DNA of 64,000 nt from Neoconidiobolus thromboides FSU 785 (Eukaryota; Fungi; Entomophthoromycota). A program made the position numbers and the translations under genes. The notes under the pieces were generated by a model. It saw only the letters and a list, made by a program, of their open reading frames with translations, did no database searches and was not told the DNA's origin. This document shows, piece after piece, positions 12,200-26,804 of this stretch (within the stretch, counting starts at the first letter, position 1; each line of letters begins with the position of its first letter). The DNA is taken from contig MU626334.1 in NCBI GenBank assembly GCA_025603075.1, positions 1-64,000 of the forward strand, given 5' to 3'.

Positions 12200-14056
12200 A
12201 TGAAAAAAGTCAAATTTGTATCGCATAATGAGAAGCCACAAATCATCAATGAGATGGGAGCAAAGTATATATTGTATACAAGTAATAAGAATGAGCCCGT
12301 AAGTAAAAAAGCAGAAGTTAATAAAGTAAGGACAAAATTAAAGTATGTAAATGAAGGAGAAAACAGCAAGATAAAAGTATTTCAAATGAAATTTCATATT
12401 AATACTAAAGATAAAGGCGATGAGAAGAGCGAGATAATTAAACAAACGAAAAAGAACAAGAACTTTATTAACACCAACGTTGATAATACAAATACTAATT
12501 TAAATTGTAATAATAATAATTTAAGGATGGGTAACTGGAAGAGTATGGCATTATTTAAAATGATATTAGGCAGTTCAAGATTAGATGAAGGGAAGAAGAA
12601 CCTATTCATTTATGCAGATGGCACTTTAGAATATACAGGGCAAAATCCAGCAGGGAATTTATTGATGATGTATTTCACATTTAATTTATTAGAATTAAAA
12701 AGAAAACAAATCAAGATCAACATTAATCCAATTAAAACTTTAACGTTGCCTGATATTATTTATACCGAAGAAAGTTTGGAAAAACAATACTTTATTCAAC
12801 AATGCGTTAAGGCTTATTTCCAATTTTACTCATATTTTTGCCCTGTCATCAACCAGGAATCATATTATAAGAAACCCACTAGTATGATAACCAAAGCCAT
12901 TGTATCTATAGGCTTCCGTTACTTACCTAATAGTACATGCAATGATCATATAAACCAAGTTTTAGATCAAATTGCTGTCGCTGAGTTCAAAGAGAACTAT
13001 TTTAAACCAAGTTTGGAGGTGGTGTCTGTATATACAATCTTAGCCCAATATCAATCCGCCGTTTCTGAGTTTGAAAAATCTTGGATGAATCAGGCCATGT
13101 GCATACATATGTGTCGTCTATTAGGATTACACCTACCAGCACCAAAAAATTTAAAATTAAACAAAGATGAGATACGACACCGATATAACCAGTGGTGGGC
13201 ATGTTGTATTCAAGATCGATTTTTTCCATTTGTTATTAACCGACCAATGTCGATTGAGGCTGGGGAATGGAAGCTACCGTATCCAGAATATAAACCACTA
13301 AATAGGCTATCGGAATATGAGAACGATTTTGAATATAACCAAGTGCTTAAGAGGGCGTCATATATCTACTGGAAAGGGAAAGTACTGTTAAGCGAGTTGT
13401 TATTGAATATTGACTACTTAAAAAGGAAAAGATTTCAAATAGAGCGAGACTTTTTATTAAAAACTTTAACCAAAACATTGCTGAAATTGGCAAAGTTCGA
13501 TGAAAATTATTATCAAGAAATGAAAAGAGTATATGATAATCAACCTTTATGGGTATTTAAATTATGTGAAAAGTTTTTTTTGTACCATACTATCTTTTAT
13601 AATAATTCTGTTTTAGAATGTTGCAATGTTTACTTAAAAGTCCCAAATGCAAAGCGAGTGGACAAAGTTCAGCAACGATCATTGATGGCTTGTATCGCCA
13701 TCATCTTAGCCGCTGAAAAGCTGAATATTAATTTTTACAAGTATGGCATTACATACAGATTCTATTGCTTATCTAACGCCATTGTTGCGTTAATAAAAAC
13801 TGTTTATCAGAAGCAAGGTTTGAAGGAAAAGGACGAGAATGAGGCTAACTTAAGTACCAATGTTGATGCTAATGGCATTGATGCCAATTTCGACTTTAAA
13901 AAAGAGTCCGGCTTTAATTTTAACTTAAATGAAGAGATTGATGCTCTATTTTATGCTAAGAAAGGATTAGATTTATTGGCAAATGCTATTCCTCATTTTC
14001 CTATGGCCCAAGAGTTTTTAAATACCATCCTTACACTCCTTAGAGGCACTATCTGA
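12200..14056 (+). CDS. Fungal-specific transcription-factor (Fungal_trans / middle homology region) protein; no Zn2Cys6 cluster visible
   Basis: 618-aa ORF with YFQFYSYFCPVIN, AMCIHMCRLLGLH, EIRHRYNQWWACCIQDR, NRPMSI motifs. Confidence 0.75.
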   Translation: MKKVKFVSHNEKPQIINEMGAKYILYTSNKNEPVSKKAEVNKVRTKLKYVNEGENSKIKVFQMKFHINTKDKGDEKSEIIKQTKKNKNFINTNVDNTNTNLNCNNNNLRMGNWKSMALFKMILGSSRLDEGKKNLFIYADGTLEYTGQNPAGNLLMMYFTFNLLELKRKQIKININPIKTLTLPDIIYTEESLEKQYFIQQCVKAYFQFYSYFCPVINQESYYKKPTSMITKAIVSIGFRYLPNSTCNDHINQVLDQIAVAEFKENYFKPSLEVVSVYTILAQYQSAVSEFEKSWMNQAMCIHMCRLLGLHLPAPKNLKLNKDEIRHRYNQWWACCIQDRFFPFVINRPMSIEAGEWKLPYPEYKPLNRLSEYENDFEYNQVLKRASYIYWKGKVLLSELLLNIDYLKRKRFQIERDFLLKTLTKTLLKLAKFDENYYQEMKRVYDNQPLWVFKLCEKFFLYHTIFYNNSVLECCNVYLKVPNAKRVDKVQQRSLMACIAIILAAEKLNINFYKYGITYRFYCLSNAIVALIKTVYQKQGLKEKDENEANLSTNVDANGIDANFDFKKESGFNFNLNEEIDALFYAKKGLDLLANAIPHFPMAQEFLNTILTLLRGTI

Positions 14057-14402
14057 TTCTATTAAAGTTTGATCTTGTATTCGTTTTGACTGAAAAAAAT
14101 AAAATTGCGGTTATTTGTTAGGCTTAGCTACTGTAATAAACACTAGGGGTTTCAAATTTATTAGTTTTAACTATTTTTATTTAAAACTCCATTAATTAAA
14201 TTTTAAAAGTTAGGGTGTGATCGTAACTCTTTAAAGTCGCAATATTAGATTACATGAGCTAATTAAGCTCCCCCTGGACTTATTTAAAAGGAAACTCAAT
14301 TTTATAAAGTTATACTTAGCATTTAATAAAATTTAAATTTCAAGTAAATGAAAAACAGTCTACTTTATTAGTTTGAAAACTTAGAACTAAAATGAAATTA
14401 CC

Positions 14403-14575
14403 CAATTCACTTTTCTGACCATTTTCTATATAGTGTAAATTTTTGGAATTTTAAATACTGGATAAAAAATGTTCTTATAAGTATTTTTAAATCAAACAAA
14501 AGAGCAAATATTTTCGTAGCATTTAGTGCTTAATTTGCAATTTTGCTAAAATCTAGATTAACTGAAAATTAAACT
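14403..14575 (+). repeat. Second dispersed repeat family; partial copies at ~33727-33852 and ~52123-52196
   Basis: Shared blocks CACTTTT.TG.CCATTTT..ATAGTGT, AATACTGGATAAAA and TAGCA(C/T)TTAGTGCTTA...TTTTGCTAAAA. Confidence 0.6.
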
Positions 14576-14612
14576 AAGCTTTTAAGTTGACCCATATTTA
14601 TTTTGTTTAACT

Positions 14613-14719
14613 GTATGGGGCTGTTTTTTTTGGTTTCATAACTTTTTCCATTTTTCAGGCGCTATTTGAGCAGAGAGATTATTAGTAAAACTATTAAGCA
14701 AAAAAATACATCCCCATAT
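14613..14719 (+). mobile_element. MITE copy 10, TSD GTAT/ATAT
   Basis: Full-length family match. Confidence 0.88.
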
Positions 14720-14935
14720 GTAGAAAAATATGCAAATTATAGAATCGAAAAATAGCGATAAAAATTAATGAATATAAAAAATCATAAGACTAGGTTGATC
14801 TTATTCTTCCTCACTAATATTTATCACTACCTTCCCTAACTTTATGAAATAAAAACTCAATTAGTTGCTAATTGAATAAGACAATGTAATTTTATTTATA
14901 AAAAATTAATCTAATTCTTAATCCCTCATTAGAGC

Positions 14936-17807
<2,872 letters not shown>

Positions 17808-17981
17808 CTTACTTAATTTATAGTAAAGGTTGTATTTTTTGTCTAAAAAATGTCAAACGAACTTGTTCAAAAATGAGTAATATTTTGTTTGTGAATTTGA
17901 AGTACCAAAAGTATGCTTAAGCAAAAAGTGCAGTCAAAATTGATCATAAAGCAAATTTTATAGTTTATTTTTTTATTAAAG

Positions 17982-18852
17982 ATGTCTGAAGTAAATAATA
18001 AAAACAATCAATAATAAGATTAAAAAATTAAATGATAGAATGAAGAAATAAGCTTGAGAGGTTTAAATCAAGATGAGTATGAGCGTAGAAAACGCAAAAT
18101 AGCCCAAAAGAAAAAGCGAGATGAGATCAATAAAGAGCGTGAAAAGAAAGGCAAGGACAAACCTTTTGTTATCAAGAGGACTAATTAATTTTTGATCAAA
18201 CTAGGTTTATCCTATTTAAAATCAGATTCAGAAGATGATGACAAACCTGCACCACAAAAAGAGCTACTAAAAGCAAGATCAACTAAGCTTAATTTAGATG
18301 CTAGTGTTGGAAAGACGCAAGTGGTACAAGGTTTTGGTAATAAACAGCCAGGTTTTTATTGTGAGCATTGCGATGTTACTTTAAAGGATAATTTATCTTG
18401 GTTGGACCATATCAATGGCAAGAAACGTAACTATTTTTGCTATTTAATAATTGTTTAGTAAATTTTGATATTAGATTTAAGTGAGATTGGTATCTCATTA
18501 AGAGTCGAAAGAAGCACTTTAGAGCAAGTACGTGCAAAGCTACTACTACTTAAACAAAAAAGGGATGCGCCTCGCCAATATGGTATTGCAAATGTTATAT
18601 TTACTAATTAATTGCTAAAGTTGATAGATTTTGACGAAAGTGTCAAGGAAGCAATGAGGAAAGAAGAGGAAGAAAAAGAACTTAGAAAGAAAAAGAAAAA
18701 AGAGCTAACTAAAAAGAAGAAAGAGGTGAAGTCCATAGATGCCTCACTTCCAGATGATATGGCTAAAATTATGGGGTAAACTAAATTTCATGATATACTT
18801 TTAAAACTAAATATTGTTTAGATTCTCTGGATTTGATTCTACTAAAAAATAA
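17982..18852 (+). CDS. SNU23: U4/U6.U5 snRNP matrin-type zinc-finger protein Snu23/ZMAT2, multi-exon
   Basis: LNLDASVGKTQVV...GFYCEHCDVTLKDNLSWLDHINGKK, then VERSTLEQVRAKL and terminal MGFSGFDSTKK. Confidence 0.92.
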
Positions 18853-19025
18853 TTAAATTATCTTTCATTTATATTAATGTTTTAATATAATCTATTTTAC
18901 CCTCGTTTATTTTCAAATTATTATCAAAAATAGCAACTTAAATTTGAGCCAATCAAAAAGAACTAAAATTTAGCTTTAAAATTTAATTAATTTTTTGATA
19001 CTTATCTTTTTTAGTAATATAAACA

Positions 19026-19373
19026 ATGTTTAAAACTATTCGCCATTTAGCTAGAGCACCAAAACTCCATACTAGGTTTTACAGTACTAACAATTTAACT
19101 GAGGGCGAGCGCATAATATTTGAGAAACTAAGTGAAAAATTCACACCCAAAAAGATTGAAGTCAAGGATATATCGGGTAAGTCAACACTTTAATTTCATT
19201 CATTTTTTAACCCATTTCTTTATAAAGGTGGTTGTGGCTCAATGTATTCTATCCAACTTGAATCTGATTCATTTAAAGGAAAAAGCTTAGTTCAACAACA
19301 TCGTTTAGTTAATGAGGTTTTAAAAGAGGACATTAAGGATATGCATGGGTTGCAACTTAAAACTTCTAGCTAA
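19026..19373 (+). CDS. BOL3: Mitochondrial BolA-family protein (Bol3/BolA3 type), 2 exons
   Basis: Presequence-like N-terminus; EVKDISG|GCGSMY...FKGKSLVQQHRLVNEVLKEDIKDMHGLQLKT. Confidence 0.88.
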
Positions 19374-19708
19374 AATGTTTTTTTTGGTAGTAATATAGAC
19401 TACTATTAAGGCTAGGAAATAAAATTTTAGATCTTAGTTTCGCTTTACATTGTTTATGTTTTGATCGTCTGTATCACTATGTTTTGTCCTATTTATTTTG
19501 TTATTGATTCTACTTGTTCTTTATGACATTATGTTTCTCATTTCAGCTTTTGTCCACTTTGGTGTAATAAGATTCAAAAAACTAGGTATAGAAAGTAAAA
19601 CATTGTTATAAACAAAAATTTAATAAATGTAGTTAGAAATATCTAAGGTTATTACACCATCAATTTATTTTAAAAAAGTGTTTATATTACTTCACTTTAT
19701 TTTCCTAA

Positions 19709-20498
19709 ATATATAAACTATCTCTGCCGAGTGCACCTCCAGAAGAAAGACAGCCAACCCTTATGTATGGCGAACTTCAATGGCACCAAAACATAAAGTA
19801 ATTAAAGATTATTCTTATTTTATTCATTTTGTTTTCATTAGAATTTGAGACTTGAACCTATCAACTTAACTTTGCAACGTATCCAAAGAAATATCAGAGT
19901 CAACATAAACTCAACCAGGCTCTAATTTTATTAGTAAAAAATCACACTCATACCCAAATTATCTACGATGGTGGCATAATAGCAGTTTGCCTTGAGAAAG
20001 GACATCCAACCAAATCCCCATTATTCCTTAATGCCAATTACTATAGCCAGTTTTTACAAAACTAATGGTTAATATAGATAAATTCAGATACATTATGTCG
20101 GATCTTTATAATGACCACGGATACGATGAATAAAGAAAGTATTCAAAACTTCAACTGAGAGCAAGTTCAAAAGTACTTTGGATGAGTTTGTTGAATGATA
20201 GGAAGAATCATTTATTAAATATTGGCTTATGGTTGGCTCCATTTATGGATCCATCAACAAAGTATAAGTTTTCGGAAGGCAAGAATGGTAAGTTGATATT
20301 TTTGTTTAGTAATTTATTGAGTTTTATTTTAACTACCTTTTCGAATTCGTCTTGCTTAGACTGATTAAATCTATTCATATGAGTTCCAAGTTTATGTTTG
20401 AGAATCTGGTTATTAAGCCCAAAGATAACCTAATTAAAAAATGGTTTGAGGCAATCTAAATCCCCTATAGTGATTATACTAAGAAGGTAAAATCTTGA
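19709..20498 (+). pseudogene. GST pseudogene (copy C), tandem paralogue of copy D
   Basis: Collinear with D from start to 3' UTR; ATG changed to ATA, early 1-nt deletion, in-frame TAA stops, last intron acceptor AG changed to AA. Confidence 0.85.
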
Positions 20499-21418
20499 GG
20501 ATGCCATTGATTGTTATTATTGAATTGTAATCTTTTTGGCTATTAAGTATTTTTAATTTATTCAAAATTATTTTTTTATAAATTTTAAATAATGCAGAAT
20601 TAAATATAATTATTATATAGCTTGATATTTTTTAATCTCTATAATGCTATTATTGACCTGTTACATCCTATGAAATAGATAGGTACTAATTTAGTATTAG
20701 TAAATAGCGATACTTTATAAAATTCATCAACAGTTTATCTCACCTCACTAATAATCAAAAAGCTGAGGGAAAAAGAGTAGTTAATGAATTTTAATTCCTT
20801 CAAAAAAGGATATATAAAATAACAATAAGTAAAGAATAAAACCTCAGAATGAATTAAATCCATTAAATAAACCTTTTAATCACTTAGATAGCTGATCCAT
20901 AAGAATCTATGCTATTGCCTGAGCTACTTGGATCACTCACTGAGCTTTTAACAACCTACTTTATGGATTTCTTCAATTCCTTCCTCTAAGCACAGTCTTT
21001 TTTCAAAAATGGAAAGAATATTTATTGTAAAAGCTCATTATCACCTGCCATAGGATTCAAATCACTCCCAAACAATGAGGGCGCTTTATTATGTTGAATT
21101 AGGGCCTCATAATTGATATTATAAAGGTTCTGTATATCTCATATAAATCATCTAACTCATAATTTCTCCCTCCACTCTCCCTAAATCTTAAATTTATTAG
21201 ATAAACTGAAATTTGCATTATTACATGTTTAAGAATAATGTCTTTCTCGTTTCAGTAACTTGTCCACTTTTTAACGGCTTATATTAAAATTATCTTGCGG
21301 AAATTTTAAAAAAACACTCATAAGAAATTTAGATAAATGCAGTTAAACTTATATAACGAGCTTATGTCATCAATTAATTTATTTAAAAAAGGTGCTTAAA
21401 ATTTGCTTATTTTTTTAA

Positions 21419-22272
21419 ATGTATCAATTATACTCAGTAGAGTCCAATTCTAAAGGAGATGTAGGTAGCCCATTTGTTTGGCGAATATTGATGGCATTAA
21501 AACATAAAGTAATTAAAATTAGTCTGGCCAATTTTTAAATTAATTTATTATTTTTGTAGAATTTGGAGTTTGAACTTATTAACTTAAAACTTCGCAATGT
21601 ATCTAAAGAGATATCAGATTTAACGTAAGTTTAAATAAATACAACTCATAAATATAACTCAATCTCTATAACATAGTAATGGAGCGTGGAACCGAGTACC
21701 AGTTTTGAAACGTGATGACGGCCAAATTGTCTACGACAGCGACACTATAGCGACCTACCTTGAACAAGAACACCCGGATAAACCTTTATTATTTCCCAAT
21801 GGCAATTACTATAACCAATTTTTACAAAATTATATGTTCAGCATGGATACATTCAAATGTGCTATTTTAGACATTTATGATAACTTTGAAGACAAAGAGG
21901 ATAAGGAATATTTCAAAAGTTCAAGAGAAGGTATGTTTAAAGTTAGTCTGGAGAAGTTTGCTGGTAATAGGGAAGAACTCTTGCCAAACGTTGACCTGTG
22001 GTTGGCCCCGTTTAGAGGCTCTTTAGCAAAGTATAAGTTCTTAGAAGGTGAAAAAGGTAAGTTCAATATTTGATTTAAAAGATTAGTTTATTGATTTCAT
22101 TTTAGCTACTTATTCAGATTTTTTGTTATTTGGATCAATTAAGTCCCTTCAGATTAGTTCCAAGTTTCTATTTGAGTATATTGTCGTTAAATCTAAAGAT
22201 GAATCAATTAAAAAATGGTTTGAGGCAATACAAGCCCTCTATGACGGGTACGCTAAAAAGGCAGATCCTTAA
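21419..22272 (+). CDS. Glutathione S-transferase, LigE/GSTFuA-like, copy D (4 exons)
   Basis: MYQLYSVESNSKGDVGSPFVWRILMALKHK...RVPVLK...VYDSDTIATYLEQEHPDKPLLFP...FLEGEK|ATYSDFLLFG...WFEAIQALYDGYAKKADP*. Confidence 0.88.
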
Positions 22273-23164
22273 GGAGGGGCTATCTATTATTATTAAATTA
22301 TAAGTATTTTATTTAACTGTGGTATTTTTTTAATAAAATTTTAATACTACAAATATTAATTTAATTAAATGTGAGATAAAAAAGTTAATAATATAATCAT
22401 AAGAGTTAAAACAACATTAATAGATATGGTGGATAGACACTAGTATACTATTAGTGGCTTCAAATAAATAATACTGTTTCTTGACATTTTAGTTCAACTC
22501 TCAACAAATAAAAATCTTAAATCAGGGATAAACTTTTAATTTAACTAAATTTTAATTAAGGCTAGGCAGTTTCACATTAACCTATATATTTAGCTTCAAA
22601 TAGAATTGTTTAAAACACATATTCAACTAATAATATAAAATTAGTTATTTATGGGCTATCTTCATTTATTTTGTTCAATACTTGATGCTTATTTACTGTA
22701 TTAATGTTTTATAGTTTATTTTTATAGCTTAAACCACCAACTTTATCGCTTACAGAACAATTTAAATAACAATAAAATAAAAAGCTAAAAATAGTTATAT
22801 ATTTTACGCTATTATGTAAAAAAATATATCAAGCGCTAATAACAAATATATATATATTCTAGAACAAAATTAGATGCATCAAATAAACCAGTTAACTACA
22901 TAGCTAACTGATTTTTTCCCTAAGGTTACTTTGCTTTATACTTACAAAAAAATCAAAAATCACAAAAAACGAGTGGTTCTTTAAAAAAAACGGTGAAAGA
23001 ATAAAAAGGGGCAATAATACCTGGGTAGTTGTCAAACCTAATTAATTAAAGTAGCAATTTCTATAAAACGATTAAAATTGAATTTATTCTTTTTGTATAT
23101 TAAAGTTGGTTTTGATAACTAAATCTTTAACTTTACTCTCTTCTTTACTTCTTAACACTTCCTA

Positions 23165-23620
23165 ATGCCATGTCCCATGAACCAATTTACAGACAATAGC
23201 CTATTAATTGATTGTGAAGAAGACAAACTTGAAATCGAAAAAATGGAAAAAATAAAAATCTTGATTGTGGATGATAACATCATCTATCAAAAACTATTGA
23301 AAAGGACATTGACAAAATACTATTCGATCACTAATATTGTTACGGTAGAGAATGGCGTCCAAGCACTTCAATTGCTTCAAAGGCAATCATTTGACCTTGT
23401 CTTTATGGACATCGATATGCCAATCATGAATGGTATCGAATGCACTAAAGTTATACGGAACCTCTTTGATAAAGAGCTGCTTATTATTGCAGTATCTACA
23501 AATTATACGAACAAGGATATTTTAAATTACTGTGACTCAGGGATGAATGGGTATATTAGAAAACCCTTCCATCCAGCTGCTTTCAGAAGGTTCTTGGTCT
23601 TACCTCAAACTCAATTGTGA
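23165..23620 (+). CDS. Stand-alone response-regulator receiver-domain protein 1
   Basis: ILIVDDN...FDLVFMDIDMPIMNGIE...IIAVST...GMNGYIRKPF; intronless. Confidence 0.88.
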   Translation: MPCPMNQFTDNSLLIDCEEDKLEIEKMEKIKILIVDDNIIYQKLLKRTLTKYYSITNIVTVENGVQALQLLQRQSFDLVFMDIDMPIMNGIECTKVIRNLFDKELLIIAVSTNYTNKDILNYCDSGMNGYIRKPFHPAAFRRFLVLPQTQL

Positions 23621-24327
23621 TGAGACTGTGTCTTATTTGAATTGATATATCGGCTTTTTGACCGAAAATTCATTTGTTTTAAGACTGTGTTTTTTTACAA
23701 ATGAATCTGTATACTTTAGTCCCCACTCTTCCTCTGTCGAATACTTTTATCTTTTAATTTTGTTGAGCCATTTATTAAAATAAAATTTTATTTGACATGT
23801 AATGAACCTTTGTAAAATCTATACTGAAAAAACTTAATTATAAAAGATTTAATTAATTAGCACCCACATTTGAGTTTGTTTAATAACTTTTAATAATCTT
23901 ATACTTTACCATTGGTTTTTGTTTTTTTAATTAAATCTCCGATCTTTTTATTACTTTAATATCAAAATCTTACACCTTATTATATAAACTTTTTATAACA
24001 ATCAATATTAATTCTTCTTTGATAAATAAATGAACTAAAAATAACTCATGCCAAATTCACTAAAATCTTAATCTATTTTTAATATAGTATTGATCATATT
24101 CTACTTTGACATCATAATAGTTAGTATTTGAAACTTTACCATCTGTAAAAAGTCAATACATCACTGATACTTTAAATTACGAACTTATAAAAGCAGTAAC
24201 AGTTTTGCTTAATAATTCATTAAATAGGGTTGCCAATAGTCATCTATTATTAATAACAATCTAATAATTTATTCACTATCAATTTATTCTTAACTTAATT
24301 TTTTATCATTGAGTTAAGCCCTTTTTT

Positions 24328-24466
24328 ATAACATAGATCTGAAGACGTGAACCACTATGAACACCCAAACCACTTCCCTAGTTATTGACAGCAATTGAAA
24401 AATTATTGATGATTAGGGAAGTGGTTTGTATGCTCATAGTAGTTCACATCTTCAAATCTACATTAT
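24328..24466 (-). other. 139-nt fold-back; candidate hairpin RNA or palindromic element
   Basis: 24328-24379 pairs with 24415-24466 at 44 of 52 positions; looser inner pairing around a central AATT-GAAA-AATT. Confidence 0.85.
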
Positions 24467-24730
24467 CATTTTTATAATGACTTGAGTTTTTTTATAAACT
24501 TCTATTAACTTTTAAGAAACCTCACTTTCATTTGAATACTCTTTTTTTCTTCTGAAAGCTAGAGTTCAAACTTTGCTTACTACAATAAATCTTGATTCCT
24601 TATTAATAGTTATTGATTTTATACAGTTACTTTGATAATCATTATGGTTTAGTTTAGTCATTAGGGCTTTTTAGAATATAAAGCAATGATTAAATATCCT
24701 TGATGACAATTAAGGCTTTTAAAACTATTA

Positions 24731-24836
24731 ATATGGAGATGTTTTTCTTGGTTTCATCACTTTTTCCATTTTTAAGCGCTATTTGAGCAGAAAGATTGTT
24801 AGTAAAATTCTTAAACACAAAAATACATCCCTATTT
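24731..24836 (+). mobile_element. MITE copy 11
   Basis: ATAT-GGAGATGTTTT...CATCCCT-ATTT. Confidence 0.88.
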
Positions 24837-25399
24837 TTGATAAAATTACTTTTATATTTATAGTTCATAAAAAAGGGTTAAAGATAGAATCAATAAAGTT
24901 TTTGGAACAGTGGGTATTGTAGCTTATTTCTAGTTCATACGTTATAATTTGATATTTTGTTTATACCATAGTCTCAGATTCTTATTTGTGTAACCGTTGC
25001 CATTTTTCATTTTATTATGACTTATGTAATATTGAATTTATTTACCACTATTCGATTTGCTTTGAACTTTAAAGGTTAACTATATTAAAAAATATTCTTT
25101 TTGATATCAAAAAATAGAAAATAAATTGTTTCTATAAAATAATAAATAAGCTGTTTTATATAACTATAAGTCAACATCATTTTTTGAGCTTTACAAATCC
25201 TCGGTATATGGTTTAGACTGATTTATCCATTTAATTTAGATTAGAAATAAAAGCTGGGCTAATTACTAATCCGACTCCAATTATCCGGGACTTCAAATTA
25301 AATACAAAGGTACTTGAGCGCAGCAAAAATTCATAAAAAATATGATAAAAAGAAAAGTAGGTCTAGAATAGAATAATAGTATCTGAGTTATAAATTTTT

Positions 25400-25501
25400 A
25401 AATGAGGGTTTTTTTGATTTGATCACTTTTTCCATTTTTAAGCACTATTTGAATGGAAAGACTATCAGTAAAATTCTTAAACAGAAAATACATCCCCATA
25501 T
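25400..25501 (+). mobile_element. MITE copy 12
   Basis: AAAT-GAGGGTTTT...CATCCCC-ATAT. Confidence 0.85.
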
Positions 25502-26327
25502 TAAGCTACAATCAAATTAACTATAATATAAATTAGATGAATAATGGGCTTTTAAACCGATTATTGCAAATTTTATAAATCTCTTTTTGGCTAATTTTGG
25601 TCACCAAATTTCTTAAAGCTCTTCTCCCTTAAGGCTATTGATATTCTTTTATGACTTTTTGCCAATAGTTTTTATAATTAAACTATTTATTGATCAATCT
25701 TTTAAGCCTTGATCGTTATATTTTAACAAATTTCAACACAATTTTTTCTCTCAAATGAGCAGTTATTTAGGTCCTAAAAGAGTTGGAATAGCCATATTTT
25801 AGATTTCAAAGCTGGCTAATAGTGAGTTAGGTCAGTTTCATTTCTTGAAAACTTTGTTTGGAACCCCCTAGAGTAAGCTGCTAAATAGATTAGAAACTTA
25901 AATCAAAAATAAGATTAGGAAAAAAGATTACGCATAAAAAAAGGAAAGTAAATTTTAGCAGAAGTAGTGAATTCTATTTTATCAAGTGCTACAGTGTTTC
26001 TTTATCGTTACATAATATTTCACGTCATTGATAATGGTTACTGTTACTATACCTTGTTATTAAATTTCTATATAACTTCTGTTTATAAATAACTAATGTT
26101 CTTTACAAAAAGTTATGATCCAGCTTATCATTCTATGACCATAAAGAAGACTTAAAATAATCTTCCATAATTAAACTTAAACCCGAAGCAATTTAAGAAA
26201 TTGCCAAGTATGCCGAGTTCCGAAATTAGAAATCAATAAAAAGTTGTTAGAATAAAAGAAAAGTATAAATAAGTAAGCAAAGTACGATTTTATAAAAATA
26301 ATTTTATCTAAAAATATATATATTATA

Positions 26328-26804
26328 ATGATTGACTGTTGTTTAGCACCATTGTTTAACTTTAATAAAAAATATCAAGTAGAATCCCAAGTCTCAAAAA
26401 TGGAAAGGTTGAGTATCCTAATCGTTGACGATAATATCATCTATCAAAAATTATTAAAAAAGATGTTAAGTAAATATTACTATATTGATAACATAACAGT
26501 AGCCGATGATGGATTGAAGGCGGTCAAGTTAATCCAATCCCAACAATTTGATATCATCTTTATGGATATCGATATGCCTATTATGAATGGAATTGAATGT
26601 ACCAAGGTCATTAGAAATAGTGGTATCAACGCCATGAACCGATTTGTTCCCATCATTGCAGTTACAACGAATTCTAAAGAAGAAGACTTAAAGCTTTACA
26701 AAACTATTGGAATGAATGGTCATATTCAAAAGCCGTTTGAATTTGATTCTTTAGTTAAATATCTTAATTACGCTGTTAAACTTAAACTCCATCTTAACTA
26801 CTAA
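26328..26804 (+). CDS. Stand-alone response-regulator receiver-domain protein 2 (paralogue of 23165-23620)
   Basis: ILIVDDNIIYQKLLK and MDIDMPIMNGIECTKVIRN shared with copy 1; IQKPF. Confidence 0.9.
   Translation: MIDCCLAPLFNFNKKYQVESQVSKMERLSILIVDDNIIYQKLLKKMLSKYYYIDNITVADDGLKAVKLIQSQQFDIIFMDIDMPIMNGIECTKVIRNSGINAMNRFVPIIAVTTNSKEEDLKLYKTIGMNGHIQKPFEFDSLVKYLNYAVKLKLHLNY

Noticed and set aside
20700-21250. Codon-like minus-strand patch between GST C and D
   Set aside because: Could not be assigned to any family; many stops
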